Shown piece after piece: positions 8,550-19,765 of a stretch of DNA of 60,438 nucleotides (position 1 is the first letter of the stretch; every line of letters begins with the position of its first letter). Source of the stretch: Acidimicrobiia bacterium (GTDB taxonomy: Bacteria > Actinomycetota > Acidimicrobiia > Spongiisociales > UBA11373); assembly GCA_035286665.1 (NCBI GenBank), contig DATECY010000087.1, forward strand, positions 1 through 60,438, read 5' to 3'. The position numbers and the translations under genes were made by a program. The notes below the pieces were generated by a model, which searched no databases, was not told where the DNA came from, and saw only the letters and a list, made by a program, of their open reading frames with translations.

Positions 8550-10262
8550 TCAGAACCGCTCTGCGACGACCATTGCGGCCACCCGGGCGACGACGTCGGC
8601 GAGCGGAACCACCTCGGTGGAGCCGCCGGCCCGTCGAGTGATCTCGGCGGTACCTGCGCCGACGCCCTTGGGGCCCACGGTCACCCGGTAGGGAATGCCG
8701 ACCAGCTCGGCGTCGGCGAACTTCACGCCGGGCCTCTCGTCGCGGTCGTCGATGATCGTGTCGACGCCGGCATCGAGCAGCCCCTCATAGATCTCGTCGG
8801 CAGCGGCGACGGAGGCCGCGTCGCCCATCTTCACGACCGTCACGACCGCTTCATAGGGGGCGACGTTCACCGGCCAGATGATCCCCTTGTCGTCGAAATG
8901 GGACTCCACGACGGCGGCGACATTGCGGCCGACGCCGATCCCATAGGATCCCATCCACACGGTGTGCTCCGCACCGACCTCGTCGGTGACCTTGGCGCCG
9001 AGCGCGTCGGCGTACTTCGTGCCCAGTTTGAAGATGTGCCCCACTTCGATCGATCGCCGCACTTCCACCGGATTGCCGCACTCGACGCAGGGGTCGCCGG
9101 GCCGGATCAGACGCAGGTCGACCCACTCCACCAACGGGATGTCCCTGGCCACCTCGACGCCGCGAAGGTGGCGGTCATCGGCGTTGGCCCCGGTCACCAT
9201 GTTCGACCTGCCCGCCAGAGCCGGGTCGCCGACGATCCGAATGCCGCTCACCCCGACCGCCCCCAGGCTCCCCGGGTGCGCTCCCAGGGCGGCCACGATC
9301 TCTTCGTCGTCGGCGGGGCGGATGTCGAACGTGCCGAGAGCATCGACGAGCTTCTGCTCCATCAGCTCATGGTCGCCGCGCAGCAGTATGAGCGCGAGGT
9401 CGTCGGCGACCATGTAGGCCAGCGTCTTGATCTGACGCTCGGCCGACGCGAAATCGAACGCGTCGGCCAATGCGGCGATCGTGCGGATTCCGGGGGTGTC
9501 AAACCCTTCGGGCTCACCGAGCCACGGATCGTCGGCAACAGGCGCCACGGCCGAGGTCGCCCGCTCGGTGTTGGCGGCATACCCGCAGTGGGGGCACACC
9601 ACGATGTCGTCTTCGCCGGCCGGGCTCTCCACCATGAACTCCACCGACTCCCGGCCCCCCATCGTCCCCGACGAGGCCTGGACGGCGATGGCCTCCATCC
9701 CGAGGCGGCGGAAGATGGTCGCGTACGCCCGGCGATGGGCCTCGAACTGGACGTCGAGCCCGGCGGGATCGACGTCGAAGGAGTAGGAGTCCTTCATCGT
9801 GAACTCGCGGACACGCAGCAGGCCGCCCTTGGGGCGAGGCTCGTCCCGGAACTTGGTCTGGAGGTGATACCAGAGCTGCGGGAGTTGGCGGTAGGAGGAC
9901 AGCTCGGTGGCGATGAGCGTGAAGATCTCCTCGTGGGTCATCGCCAGGAGCAGGTCGGTCTCCTTGCGATCCTTGAACTTGACGAGGATGCCCTCGACGT
10001 CGTCCCACCGGCCGGTCTGCTTCCACACCTCACCGGGGTGCACCACCGGCAGCAGCATCTCCTGGCCCCCGATGCGGTTCATCTCCTCGCGGATGATCGC
10101 TTCGACCTTGTCGACCACCCGCTTGCCGAGGGGGAGCAGCGACCACGAGCCCGCCATGAGCCTGCGCATGAACCCGCCGCGAACCAGCAGGCGATGGTTG
10201 GCCGCCTCGGCGTCGGCAGGGTCGTCGCGGAGAGTGGGGATGTAGGCACGAGACCAACGCAT
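8550..10262 (-). CDS. proS: proline--tRNA ligase
   Basis: MRWSRAYIPTLRDDPADAE start typical of ProS, plus class II motifs and an editing-domain-length insert. Alternative upstream ATG at 10316. The 817-aa track ORF is over-extended. Confidence 0.93.
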   Translation of the reverse strand: MRWSRAYIPTLRDDPADAEAANHRLLVRGGFMRRLMAGSWSLLPLGKRVVDKVEAIIREEMNRIGGQEMLLPVVHPGEVWKQTGRWDDVEGILVKFKDRKETDLLLAMTHEEIFTLIATELSSYRQLPQLWYHLQTKFRDEPRPKGGLLRVREFTMKDSYSFDVDPAGLDVQFEAHRRAYATIFRRLGMEAIAVQASSGTMGGRESVEFMVESPAGEDDIVVCPHCGYAANTERATSAVAPVADDPWLGEPEGFDTPGIRTIAALADAFDFASAERQIKTLAYMVADDLALILLRGDHELMEQKLVDALGTFDIRPADDEEIVAALGAHPGSLGAVGVSGIRIVGDPALAGRSNMVTGANADDRHLRGVEVARDIPLVEWVDLRLIRPGDPCVECGNPVEVRRSIEVGHIFKLGTKYADALGAKVTDEVGAEHTVWMGSYGIGVGRNVAAVVESHFDDKGIIWPVNVAPYEAVVTVVKMGDAASVAAADEIYEGLLDAGVDTIIDDRDERPGVKFADAELVGIPYRVTVGPKGVGAGTAEITRRAGGSTEVVPLADVVARVAAMVVAERF

Positions 10263-10301
10263 GAGGGTGCGGAGGTTAGTTGAGGGCCGGTCGCCGCTAG
10301 C

Positions 10302-10793
10302 GTGACCTGCCGTCATGACGTGTCCCATCAGCGCAGAGCGACGGGCTTGGTGAGCCCGAAACGGACCACCCGACCCCGGGACAATCAGCGCATCCGCGTC
10401 TACCGCGCCCATTGGGCACTCGACGACCGGCTCAAGGCGAAGTCGATGGGTTCGGTCGACGAGGTCCAGGCATTCGTCGACGAGGTGGTCAGATCTGCCT
10501 GGTGGAGAAGCCGCACCGGGTCCCGCAAGCGCATCCGGGTGGGTGACGGGAGGGGGCGCCGCAGCGCCGGGAGCGTCGGTGGGGAGATTCGCATCCCTCG
10601 TGCTGCGAGAACGGTGCCGACCATCCTCCATGAACTGGCCCACGAGTGGGTGCGCGACCCCACCACCGCGATCCACGGACCCGAGTACGCCGGGGCATTC
10701 CTGCAGCTGGTCGAGGAATTCATCGGCGGCGGTGCCGCCGCCATTCTGCGCATGGCATACCTCGAACACGGGGTCCGTTGGAAAGAGGGGTAG
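10302..10793 (+). CDS. small HExxH metallohydrolase (resembles the actinobacterial TIGR04338 family)
   Basis: 163 aa with RVYRAHW near the N-terminus and a TILHELAHEW zinc motif. Start uncertain (GTG 10302, or in-frame GTG/TTG up to about 10350). Confidence 0.7.
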   Translation: MTCRHDVSHQRRATGLVSPKRTTRPRDNQRIRVYRAHWALDDRLKAKSMGSVDEVQAFVDEVVRSAWWRSRTGSRKRIRVGDGRGRRSAGSVGGEIRIPRAARTVPTILHELAHEWVRDPTTAIHGPEYAGAFLQLVEEFIGGGAAAILRMAYLEHGVRWKEG

Positions 10794-10818
10794 GCGCACC
10801 CTCTCAAGCCGACTCCTC

Positions 10819-12027
10819 CTACTCCCCTCGCGCCACCTCCGCCACCCGGGCCCGGCGTTCCTTCGCCTGGTTGACATCACCCTGGACGGCGAGCAGCTCC
10901 GATGCGGTCGCGGCGGCGAGCCGTTCGGCGACGCCGTCGGCGGCGGCCAGCCTCGCCTCGACGCCTTCGGCGACGAGCCGACGGGCCTCGTCGACGAGCG
11001 CATCGACCATCTCGGCCTCGGGCACGACCCGCACCACGTTTCCCTTGATGAACAGATGCCCGCGTCCCCGGCCGGCGGCGATCCCGATGTCCGCCTCGCG
11101 TGCCTCGCCCGGACCGTTCACCACACAACCCATCACGGCCACCTGAATCGGAAGCTTCTCCGCCTCGAGCCGGCGCTGGGCTTCGGCGGCGATCGCGACC
11201 ACGTCGATTTCGGCGCGTCCACACGACGGGCACGCGATCAGATCGAGCCCGACCCGCTCTCTAAAGCCGAGTTGCTCGAGGAGCCGGCGGCCGGCATCGG
11301 CCTCCTCCACCGGATCGGCCGTGAGCGAGAACCGGATCGTGTCGCCGATCCCCTCCATGAGCAAGGTCGCGATCCCCGCGACGGATTTGATGAGGCCCGC
11401 CGGGGGTGGTCCCGCCTCGGTGACTCCGAGGTGGAGCGGGTACGGGATCCGCGTCGCCAGGAGCCGATATGACTCGATCATCGACGGCACGTGGCTGTGC
11501 TTGACCGACACCTTGATGTCGTGGAAGTCGACGTCGTCGAGGTGCCGGATCTCCTTGAGTGCCGACTCGACCAACGCCTCGGGCACCGGCCCGCCGAACC
11601 GATCGAGCAGGTCCTTGTCGAGCGACCCGGCGTTGACCCCGACGCGGATCGACACCCCTCGGTCGGCGGCGGCGCGGGCGACCGCCTTGATGTGCTCCGG
11701 GTCGCGGATGTTGCCCGGGTTGAGACGCAGCCCGTGGACCCCCGCCTCGAGCGCGGCGAGAGCGAGCCGGTACTGAAAGTGGACGTCGGCGATGATCGGC
11801 ACGGGAGACCTGGGCACGATCTCGGCAAGGCCCTGTGCGGCCGCGACGTCGTTGCAGGTGATGCGAACGATGTCGGCTCCGGCCCCTTTGAGGGCATACA
11901 CCTGGGCGAGCGTCCCGTCGACGTCGGAGGTCTTGGTGGTGGTCATCGACTGGACGCTGATCGGAGCCCCGCCGCCGACCGGGACCGACCCCACCATGAG
12001 CCCGCGCGAAACCCGCCGTTCGATCAT
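10819..12027 (-). CDS. ispG: 4-hydroxy-3-methylbut-2-en-1-yl diphosphate synthase (flavodoxin)
   Basis: VGGGAPISVQSMTTT, CPSCGR and MGCVVNGPGEA motifs. ATGA overlap with the rseP stop. Confidence 0.95.
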   Translation of the reverse strand: MIERRVSRGLMVGSVPVGGGAPISVQSMTTTKTSDVDGTLAQVYALKGAGADIVRITCNDVAAAQGLAEIVPRSPVPIIADVHFQYRLALAALEAGVHGLRLNPGNIRDPEHIKAVARAAADRGVSIRVGVNAGSLDKDLLDRFGGPVPEALVESALKEIRHLDDVDFHDIKVSVKHSHVPSMIESYRLLATRIPYPLHLGVTEAGPPPAGLIKSVAGIATLLMEGIGDTIRFSLTADPVEEADAGRRLLEQLGFRERVGLDLIACPSCGRAEIDVVAIAAEAQRRLEAEKLPIQVAVMGCVVNGPGEAREADIGIAAGRGRGHLFIKGNVVRVVPEAEMVDALVDEARRLVAEGVEARLAAADGVAERLAAATASELLAVQGDVNQAKERRARVAEVARGE

Positions 12028-13133
12028 CTCAGGCTCAACGGGTCAGCGATGTCGAGGTAGATGGCGAGCACTCCGAGGAGCACCATGAAGAGCACGACGG
12101 CCGCTGCGATCGGGGCGAGCTTGCGAACGTCGGCCTCACGGCCGCGAACCTTCTCGTAGAGCGCGACGGCAAAGTGGCCTCCGTCGAGGGGATACACCGG
12201 GATCACATTGAAGATGCCGACGAAGACGTTGACCAATGCCACCAGTTCCAGGGTGAACGAGATCCCGAGATCCTGGGTCTCCGCACCGATGCGGATGAGG
12301 CCGATCGGACTCGCCGGACGGCTCTGCCCGATGCGTTCCGTGTCACCGGTGACGGTTGCCGCAACGAGGTTGCCGAAGTTCGACACCATCTGCCACAACC
12401 CGGAGACCGACCCGACCGTGGCACTGCCCAGTTGGGAACCGGCTCGCCCGACACCGGTGATGGGGCCCACCCGTTCGGTGTGGCGTTGAGACGTGACACC
12501 GAGATACCCGCGGGTGCCCCCGTCGCCCTCCGGCACGGTCGCCAGGTCCACGTTCAGCGTGATCGTCGTTCCGGCGCGATCCACCACGAGATCCACGGAC
12601 TCGCCGGGTCGAGCGGAGATCTCATCCACGAGGTTCCCCCAGCCGTCGACCGCCACTCCATCGAGCGACAGAATGGTGTCACCGGCGACGACACCTGCCT
12701 GTGCGGCCGGCGTCGGTGAGCCATCGTCGAGCGTCGCCTGGACGTCTGCGACCGTCGTGGATGCGACGCTGGTGCCCACCACCGTCGACACCGCGAAGAA
12801 GAGCAGAAACGCGACCACGAAGTGGCTGGCCACTCCGGCGAGGACCACGATCGTCTTCTGCCAGAACGGCCGCTCGCGATAGGTGCGACCCAGATCTGCA
12901 GGATCGACCTCCTCGTACGGATTCATCCCGACGATCCGGACGTACCCACCCAGCGGGATCGCCTTGATCCCGTATTCGGTCTCGCCGCGCTTGGTCGACC
13001 ACAACTTGGGGCCGAAGCCGAAGAAGAACTCGGTCGCCTTCATGCCGACGGCCTTGGCCGCGACGAAGTGCCCGCCCTCGTGGACCATGACCATGGCGAT
13101 GATTCCGAAGAGAACGATGAGTCCGCCGGTCAC
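12024..13133 (-). CDS. rseP: RIP metalloprotease RseP (M50 site-2 protease) with PDZ domain
   Basis: MVHEGGHFVAAKAVG HExxH in the first TM helix and a C-terminal NVIPVYPLDGGH motif. Confidence 0.92.
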   Translation of the reverse strand: MTGGLIVLFGIIAMVMVHEGGHFVAAKAVGMKATEFFFGFGPKLWSTKRGETEYGIKAIPLGGYVRIVGMNPYEEVDPADLGRTYRERPFWQKTIVVLAGVASHFVVAFLLFFAVSTVVGTSVASTTVADVQATLDDGSPTPAAQAGVVAGDTILSLDGVAVDGWGNLVDEISARPGESVDLVVDRAGTTITLNVDLATVPEGDGGTRGYLGVTSQRHTERVGPITGVGRAGSQLGSATVGSVSGLWQMVSNFGNLVAATVTGDTERIGQSRPASPIGLIRIGAETQDLGISFTLELVALVNVFVGIFNVIPVYPLDGGHFAVALYEKVRGREADVRKLAPIAAAVVLFMVLLGVLAIYLDIADPLSLR

Positions 13134-13180
13134 GCCGTCCGACTTTCTGGGGGAGGCATCACGCTACCGGCCAATCCGAC

Positions 13181-14323
13181 TCAACATGCACCCCCGAGGT
13201 GGCCGGAGGCGACCGCCCTCGCCTCCCGATCCACGGCGACGACGTCGTCGGTGGTGGTCACGGGATACACCCCGAGGTCGGAGACGGTTCGCTCGATCAC
13301 TGCCGCGATCGAGCGGAAACCGATGCGCCCGTCGAGAAATGCCCGAACCGCGATCTCGTCGGCGGCATTGAGGGCAGCAGGGGCAGACCCTCCGGCCCTC
13401 CCCGCCTGGTACGCCAGACCCAGGCACGGAAACGCCACCAGATCCGGCGCCTCGAAGGTGAGCGCCTTGTCGGCGAACGAGAACGGCGCGGCGACGCCGG
13501 CCGCCCGCTCGGGATGGGTGAGCGCATACTGGATGGGGATCCGCATGTCCGGCTCACCCATGTGGACCTTGAGGCTCCCGTCGATGAATTCGACGATGCC
13601 GTGGACGAGGCTTTGGGGGTGGACGACGACGTCGATGGCGTCGTAGCCCAAGCCGAACAGGTGGTGGGCCTCGATCACCTCGAAGCCCTTGTTCATGAGT
13701 GTGGCCGAGTCGATGGTGATCCGCGGCTCCATCCTCCAGGTGGGATGGGCGAGCGCCTGATCGACGGTGACCGACTCGAGGTCCGCCGCCGTCATCCCGC
13801 GAAACGGCCCACCCGACGCAGGAAGCACCATGCGGCGCACCGAGGAAGGATCCTCGCCGAGCATGCATTGGAACAGGGCACTGTGCTCGGAGTCGATCGG
13901 AATCAGCTCACCGGTTCCGCGACGGAGCGCGGTGGAGACGACATCGCCTCCTGCGACCAGGCTCTCCTTGTTGGCCAATCCGAGCCGATTGCCGGCGTCG
14001 AGCGCAGCGATCGAAGCAGCGAGACCGGCAAACCCGACGATTCCGTTGACGACGGTGACGCCCGGAAACGCCGCGAACTCAGTCATGGCATCAGGCCCGA
14101 AGGAGGCGCGGGCGCCGCACAGGTCGGTGAAGCGTTCTTGCTCGACTCGGGTCGGTGCGGCAACCCCGACCCGGGCATCGGGGAACTCGCCGGCGATCGC
14201 CAACAGTCCGTCCGACCCCCGACGGGCTCCGACGGCAAGCACTTCGACGCCGAGATGATCTGCGACGCTCAATGCCTGGCGACCGATCGACCCGGTCGCC
14301 CCAAGGATGACGACCGGTCTCAC
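13181..14323 (-). CDS. dxr: 1-deoxy-D-xylulose 5-phosphate reductoisomerase
   Basis: GTG start gives VRPVVILGATGSIGRQAL (NADPH motif). GTGA overlap with the cdsA stop. The 682-aa track ORF is over-extended. Confidence 0.93.
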   Translation of the reverse strand: MRPVVILGATGSIGRQALSVADHLGVEVLAVGARRGSDGLLAIAGEFPDARVGVAAPTRVEQERFTDLCGARASFGPDAMTEFAAFPGVTVVNGIVGFAGLAASIAALDAGNRLGLANKESLVAGGDVVSTALRRGTGELIPIDSEHSALFQCMLGEDPSSVRRMVLPASGGPFRGMTAADLESVTVDQALAHPTWRMEPRITIDSATLMNKGFEVIEAHHLFGLGYDAIDVVVHPQSLVHGIVEFIDGSLKVHMGEPDMRIPIQYALTHPERAAGVAAPFSFADKALTFEAPDLVAFPCLGLAYQAGRAGGSAPAALNAADEIAVRAFLDGRIGFRSIAAVIERTVSDLGVYPVTTTDDVVAVDREARAVASGHLGGAC

Positions 14324-16947
14324 CCGAGCAGCCCGATGGTCTGCAACAGCACCCAGGCCGCAGGCAGCACGAACAGGAATGCGTCGACGCGATCGAGGAT
14401 CCCGCCGTGCCCCGGCAAGACGGCGCCCATGTCTTTGACGCCGAGACTCCGCTTGAGCATCGACTCGGCCAGGTCTCCAACGGGTGCGGCGAAACAGATC
14501 ACGACCCCGAGTGCGATCCCCGACGTGAGGTCGAAGGGCTCGACGAATCGTCCGAACGCCGCCGCTGCCGCCATGCAGGCGACGACACCACCGATGAGGC
14601 CCTCGACGGACTTGTTCGGCGAGAGGATCGGTGCCAGCGCCCGCCGGCCCCAGGTCCGCCCGGCGGAGTACGCCCCGATGTCCATCGCCGCGGTGGTCAC
14701 CACGATGGCAAGAACCAACACCTTGTAGTGCTCGGCACGCAGAATCGGCACGGCGAACGCCGCGGTTCCGACGACCCACACCACGCCGAGCAGTGTCAGG
14801 CCGCCGTTGGCGAGGGCTTCGCGGCGCATCGGGGCGAATGAGTACACGAAGAACACCATGATCGCGGTGAGGCCGGCAGCCGCCGGGATGGCGATCGGCC
14901 CGTGGAACCACGTGGCGGCGAACAAGCCGACGCTTCCCAGGTAACCGAACAGGGACAGAGGACGGAAGCCACGGCGCCGCAGGGTGCCGTAGAACTCCCC
15001 GAGTCCGAGCACGACCAGCAAACCGATGAAGACCGCCGCCGCCGCTCCGCCCACCCAGACGGACCCGATGAGGAACCCGATGAGCACGATCCCGGTGATC
15101 GCCCTGGTGCCCAACTCGGAGCGGGCGGGCGCCTCGTACACGTCCTCGTCGTCGCCGAGATCGGCGACGTCGTCGAACCCGACCACACCGGTGCCGACAC
15201 CGGGCATCGCCGCGCTGATCGCCTGCCACTCGGTGTCCTCTTCGCCCGCCCGGACGAGCTCCTCGGCAAACCCGCGATGCTCCATCGTCGCCGAGGTCGT
15301 GTAGACCTGCTCGGTGATGTCGTCGACCGATGCATACGCCGATGGCAGTTCGACGGTGCCATCGGCGTCGTACCCCTCACCCAGATCGATCGGGCCGGTC
15401 ACCCACTGCTCTTCGTAACCGATCGCACCTTCGTCCTCAGCGTCGTCGAGGTCCCCGACCGGCGGCTCGGGGCGTCTCGGCGGCCGGCGCTCACCTGGAG
15501 GGCGGAACATGGCATCGTCGGGCTCCGACCCGCCGGCGGTGTCGTAAGCGGAGAGCGGCTCGCCGATCTCGGGCAAGGCATCAAACCCGTACCCGTGGTC
15601 GAATTCCACCGAGAGCTCCCGAGAGTCATCGGTGATCGGGGCGGAATGCTTCGAGGGGGTGGTCGGCTCATCGGGCACTCCGACGTCATCGGCCTCCAGC
15701 GCGTCGCCTGAATCGAAGCCATCCGTGGGCGGCGGCACGCGTCCTGCGCCTGTGGGAACCTCCCAGCCTCCGGGCTCGGTCGCGAGTGGCAGAGCCGATT
15801 CGGGATGTGAGGGCGGCTCGAGCTCGAGCCACTCGGTTTCCGGCAGATCCGCCGGTGGCGGGACGACGGCGTCCTCGTCGACCTCGGCGAACCACCCCCG
15901 GGGAACCTGGGCTGCGTCGCCGACCCACTCGGCGGGCTCGTCGAGGATCTCGTCGCCCTCTCCCCGTCCCTGCCTGCGGCGGAACGGCCACACCCCGCGT
16001 CTCCGAGGTGACTCCTCGGCCACCCATTCGTCGAAGGCGTCGGGCTGCAGAGACTCCAGACCTGGGAGGTCCCCGAGACCAACGTCCGGCTCTGCCGCCC
16101 TCCTCGGAGCGACGGGATCGGCCTCTGCGAATGCCCCCCACTCTCCGAGGTCCTCGTCGTGGATGTCGCGCAGAGCCTCGAAGGCCTCCTTGCCGGCGAC
16201 GCCATACTCACTCGCCGCTGCCGCGATCTCAGGACTCGGGTCGAGCGGGGTGAGTGTCCGGGGGACATCCTGTGCCCCATCGAAGAGAGAGCGCTGATCG
16301 TCGAGGTCACCGACCGACACGACGTCGACGTCGTCGTCCAGCGCGCCGATCGCCTTGAGGGCCACCTCGAGATCTTCGGCCACCGGTAGATCGGCGGTCG
16401 ATGGGTCCTGTTCGCCGCGCATCGACCCTTCGGCCATCTCGTCATCGTCGACCCTGCCGGCGGGCTCGAAACCACCGATCTCGGCACCGGCACCCACCGT
16501 CGTATCCCCTTCCCAGGAGGGCAGGCCCACCGCCGGGGTGGAGTCCTCACGGAACCCGGCGGGCACGTCGGACAGCCACGCCGGAGTCGGGGCGGCCTCG
16601 GGTACGGAGGCGATGACGACGGTGTCGTCGTCGGCGGCACCCTCGACCCCGGGCGAATCCACCGCGATGGACGATTGATCATCCCCCAGGACGGTCTCGG
16701 AGACCTTGGCCCATGCGTCGTCGGCGGGTTCGGGGGCTACTGCCGCGGATTCGCCTTCGAGAACGTCCTCGAACTCCGGCGTATCCTTGGGCTTGCGACG
16801 GAACAGGCCGCGCCGCGTCTTGCGCGGCCGATCGTCGAAGGAGGCCTCGGCGGTGGTCTCCTCGGGGACGGACTCCTCGGTCCACTCGGGATGCCAAGGA
16901 TCACCCGGATGCGGGTGGAAACCTTCCTCGTCCGGCCTATCGCTCAC
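14320..16947 (-). CDS. cdsA: phosphatidate cytidylyltransferase (CdsA) fused to a ~610-aa acidic, Trp-punctuated, low-complexity N-terminal extension
   Basis: C-terminal 261 aa are multi-TM with the signature SMLKRSLGVKDMGAVLPGHGGILDRVD. The ORF is continuous, with GC-rich third positions throughout. GTG 16947 is preceded by GAGGAGGcggc and lies 21 nt after the frr stop. Confidence 0.85.
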   Translation of the reverse strand: MSDRPDEEGFHPHPGDPWHPEWTEESVPEETTAEASFDDRPRKTRRGLFRRKPKDTPEFEDVLEGESAAVAPEPADDAWAKVSETVLGDDQSSIAVDSPGVEGAADDDTVVIASVPEAAPTPAWLSDVPAGFREDSTPAVGLPSWEGDTTVGAGAEIGGFEPAGRVDDDEMAEGSMRGEQDPSTADLPVAEDLEVALKAIGALDDDVDVVSVGDLDDQRSLFDGAQDVPRTLTPLDPSPEIAAAASEYGVAGKEAFEALRDIHDEDLGEWGAFAEADPVAPRRAAEPDVGLGDLPGLESLQPDAFDEWVAEESPRRRGVWPFRRRQGRGEGDEILDEPAEWVGDAAQVPRGWFAEVDEDAVVPPPADLPETEWLELEPPSHPESALPLATEPGGWEVPTGAGRVPPPTDGFDSGDALEADDVGVPDEPTTPSKHSAPITDDSRELSVEFDHGYGFDALPEIGEPLSAYDTAGGSEPDDAMFRPPGERRPPRRPEPPVGDLDDAEDEGAIGYEEQWVTGPIDLGEGYDADGTVELPSAYASVDDITEQVYTTSATMEHRGFAEELVRAGEEDTEWQAISAAMPGVGTGVVGFDDVADLGDDEDVYEAPARSELGTRAITGIVLIGFLIGSVWVGGAAAAVFIGLLVVLGLGEFYGTLRRRGFRPLSLFGYLGSVGLFAATWFHGPIAIPAAAGLTAIMVFFVYSFAPMRREALANGGLTLLGVVWVVGTAAFAVPILRAEHYKVLVLAIVVTTAAMDIGAYSAGRTWGRRALAPILSPNKSVEGLIGGVVACMAAAAAFGRFVEPFDLTSGIALGVVICFAAPVGDLAESMLKRSLGVKDMGAVLPGHGGILDRVDAFLFVLPAAWVLLQTIGLLG

Positions 16948-16968
16948 GCCGCCTCCTCGACCCGGAGG

Positions 16969-17520
16969 TCAGACCTCAAGCAGCTCGGTCTCTTTGTGCT
17001 GGAGCAGCTCATCGACCTTCTTGATGAACCCATCCGTCATCTCCTGGAGGGTCGCTTCACCTCTGCGCACATCGTCCTCGGACACCTCGCCCACGAGCGA
17101 CTCGATGTCACTCTTGCTGTGCCTGCGGACATTACGGACCGAGATGCGAGATTCCTCAGCCATGTGGCGCACGAGCTTGATGAATTCGCGGCGCCGTTCC
17201 TCGGTGAGCGGGGGAAAGGTCAGGCGGATCACCGTTCCATCGTTGGAGGGATTCATGCCCAGCGACGACAGCTGGATCGCCCGCTCGATCGTGCCGAGTG
17301 ACGATCGGTCGTATGGCTGGATCACGAGGAGCTGCGGTTCCGGTACCGATACCGACGCCAGCTGCTGGAGCGGCGTCGGCGCGCCGTAGTAATCGACCAT
17401 CACCCGATGAAGGATCCCGGCGTTGGCGCGCCCGGTGCGGACGGTCGAGAACTCGCCATGGAGATGCTCCACGGCTTGCTGCATCCTGGCCTCGGCCTCA
17501 CCGAGGAGCTCGTCGATCAC
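16969..17520 (-). CDS. frr: ribosome recycling factor
   Basis: GTG start preceded by GGGAGGtacatc. Contains FSTVRTGRANAGIL and VMVDYYGAPTPLQQLA. Confidence 0.93.
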   Translation of the reverse strand: MIDELLGEAEARMQQAVEHLHGEFSTVRTGRANAGILHRVMVDYYGAPTPLQQLASVSVPEPQLLVIQPYDRSSLGTIERAIQLSSLGMNPSNDGTVIRLTFPPLTEERRREFIKLVRHMAEESRISVRNVRRHSKSDIESLVGEVSEDDVRRGEATLQEMTDGFIKKVDELLQHKETELLEV

Positions 17521-17533
17521 GATGTACCTCCCC

Positions 17534-18847
<1,314 letters not shown>

Positions 18848-18855
<8 letters not shown>

Positions 18856-19579
18856 TCTTCTCACCATCGCTCCTGCGGTCTTTCGCTTTCGATGCGACGA
18901 TCTCTGCACCCTCGATGCACGCCTCGGCGATCAGGTTGGCCATCAACTGGGCGGCGCGAATCGCATCGTCGTTGCCCGGAATCACGTAATCGATCCTGTC
19001 GGGATCGCAGTTCGTGTCGACCACGGCGATGATCGGGATCTCGAGGCGACTCGCCTCGAGAATCGCGATGTGCTCGGTCTTCACGTCGACGATGAACACC
19101 GCTTCGGGCGCCCGCTGCAGATCTCGCACGCCGCCGAGCACGGCGATGAGCTTGCCGAGTTCGCGCCGCAGGCGGAGGCGCTCCTTCTTGGGTAGTCCGT
19201 TCATCTCGCCCGACTCGTCCATCCGCTCCAGCTCACGCATGTACAGGATGCGCTTGTGGATCGTGGCGAAGTTGGTGAGCATGCCACCCAGCCAGCGCTG
19301 GTTGACGAACGGCATGGACGCCTTCGTCGCCGCCTCTTCGATCACGGATTGCGCCTGCTTCTTCGTGCCCACGAAGAGCACGACGCCGCCCCGGGCGACG
19401 AGATCCTTCACGAAGTTGGCCGCCGCCTGGGACGCCTCGAGCGTCTGGCGGAGGTCGATGATGTGGATCCCGTTGCGCTCCGAGAAGATGTACGGGCGCA
19501 TCTTCGGGTCCCATCGTCTCGTCTGATGCCCGAAGTGGACCCCCGCTTCGAGCAGCTGCTTCATGGTCACGGATGCCAC
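18848..19579 (-). CDS. rpsB: 30S ribosomal protein S2
   Basis: [27 protein letters not shown] 19579 is preceded by GGAGGcacacg (ATG 19564 is the alternative). The 340-aa track ORF is over-extended. Confidence 0.94.
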
Positions 19580-19704
19580 CGTGTGCCTCCTCGACTGTCT
19601 TTGGTTGTGCCTCCGCCGACCCTTTGAGCCTCCCCGAGGCGCACCAGCGCCCCGACCGCGGGAGGGTGCGGCCGACGTGTGTGATTGAGGCAGGACTCTA
19701 GTGG

Positions 19705-19732
19705 GACCCGGCAGCGTTTCCGCTGCCGGGTC
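19705..19732 (-). terminator. perfect 12-bp hairpin GACCCGGCAGCG/CGCUGCCGGGUC with a GAAA (GNRA) tetraloop on the transcribed strand; whiG terminator or rpsB 5'-leader element
   Basis: Inverted repeat read directly. No U-tract follows on the minus strand. Confidence 0.45.
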
Positions 19733-19737
19733 GCTTC

Positions 19738-19765
19738 GATTCGCAATTGGCAATTGGCAATTCGA
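19738..19765. repeat. heptamer tandem array GATTCGC AATTGGC AATTGGC AATTCGA (GCAATTG x3 in the other register)
   Basis: Direct reading, between the whiG stop and the rpsB start. Confidence 0.85.

Noticed and set aside
8550-11003. Track ORFs with long N-terminal extensions (proS 817 aa, nusA 589 aa, dxr 682 aa, propeller protein 665 aa, recG 772 aa, yloV 632 aa, cofH 725 aa, cdd 281 aa, rpsB 340 aa)
   Set aside because: The extensions overlap the upstream gene, are Arg/Pro-rich, and precede well-conserved canonical N-termini that have SD motifs or ATGA/GTGA overlaps. Starts were moved accordingly.
14796-16682. Alternative-frame ORFs inside the cdsA extension (14796-15380 -, 15399-16682 -, 15632-16297 +)
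   Set aside because: Their translations are Arg/Pro/Ser-rich. The frame continuous with the CdsA domain has the SD-supported start and a coherent acidic composition.
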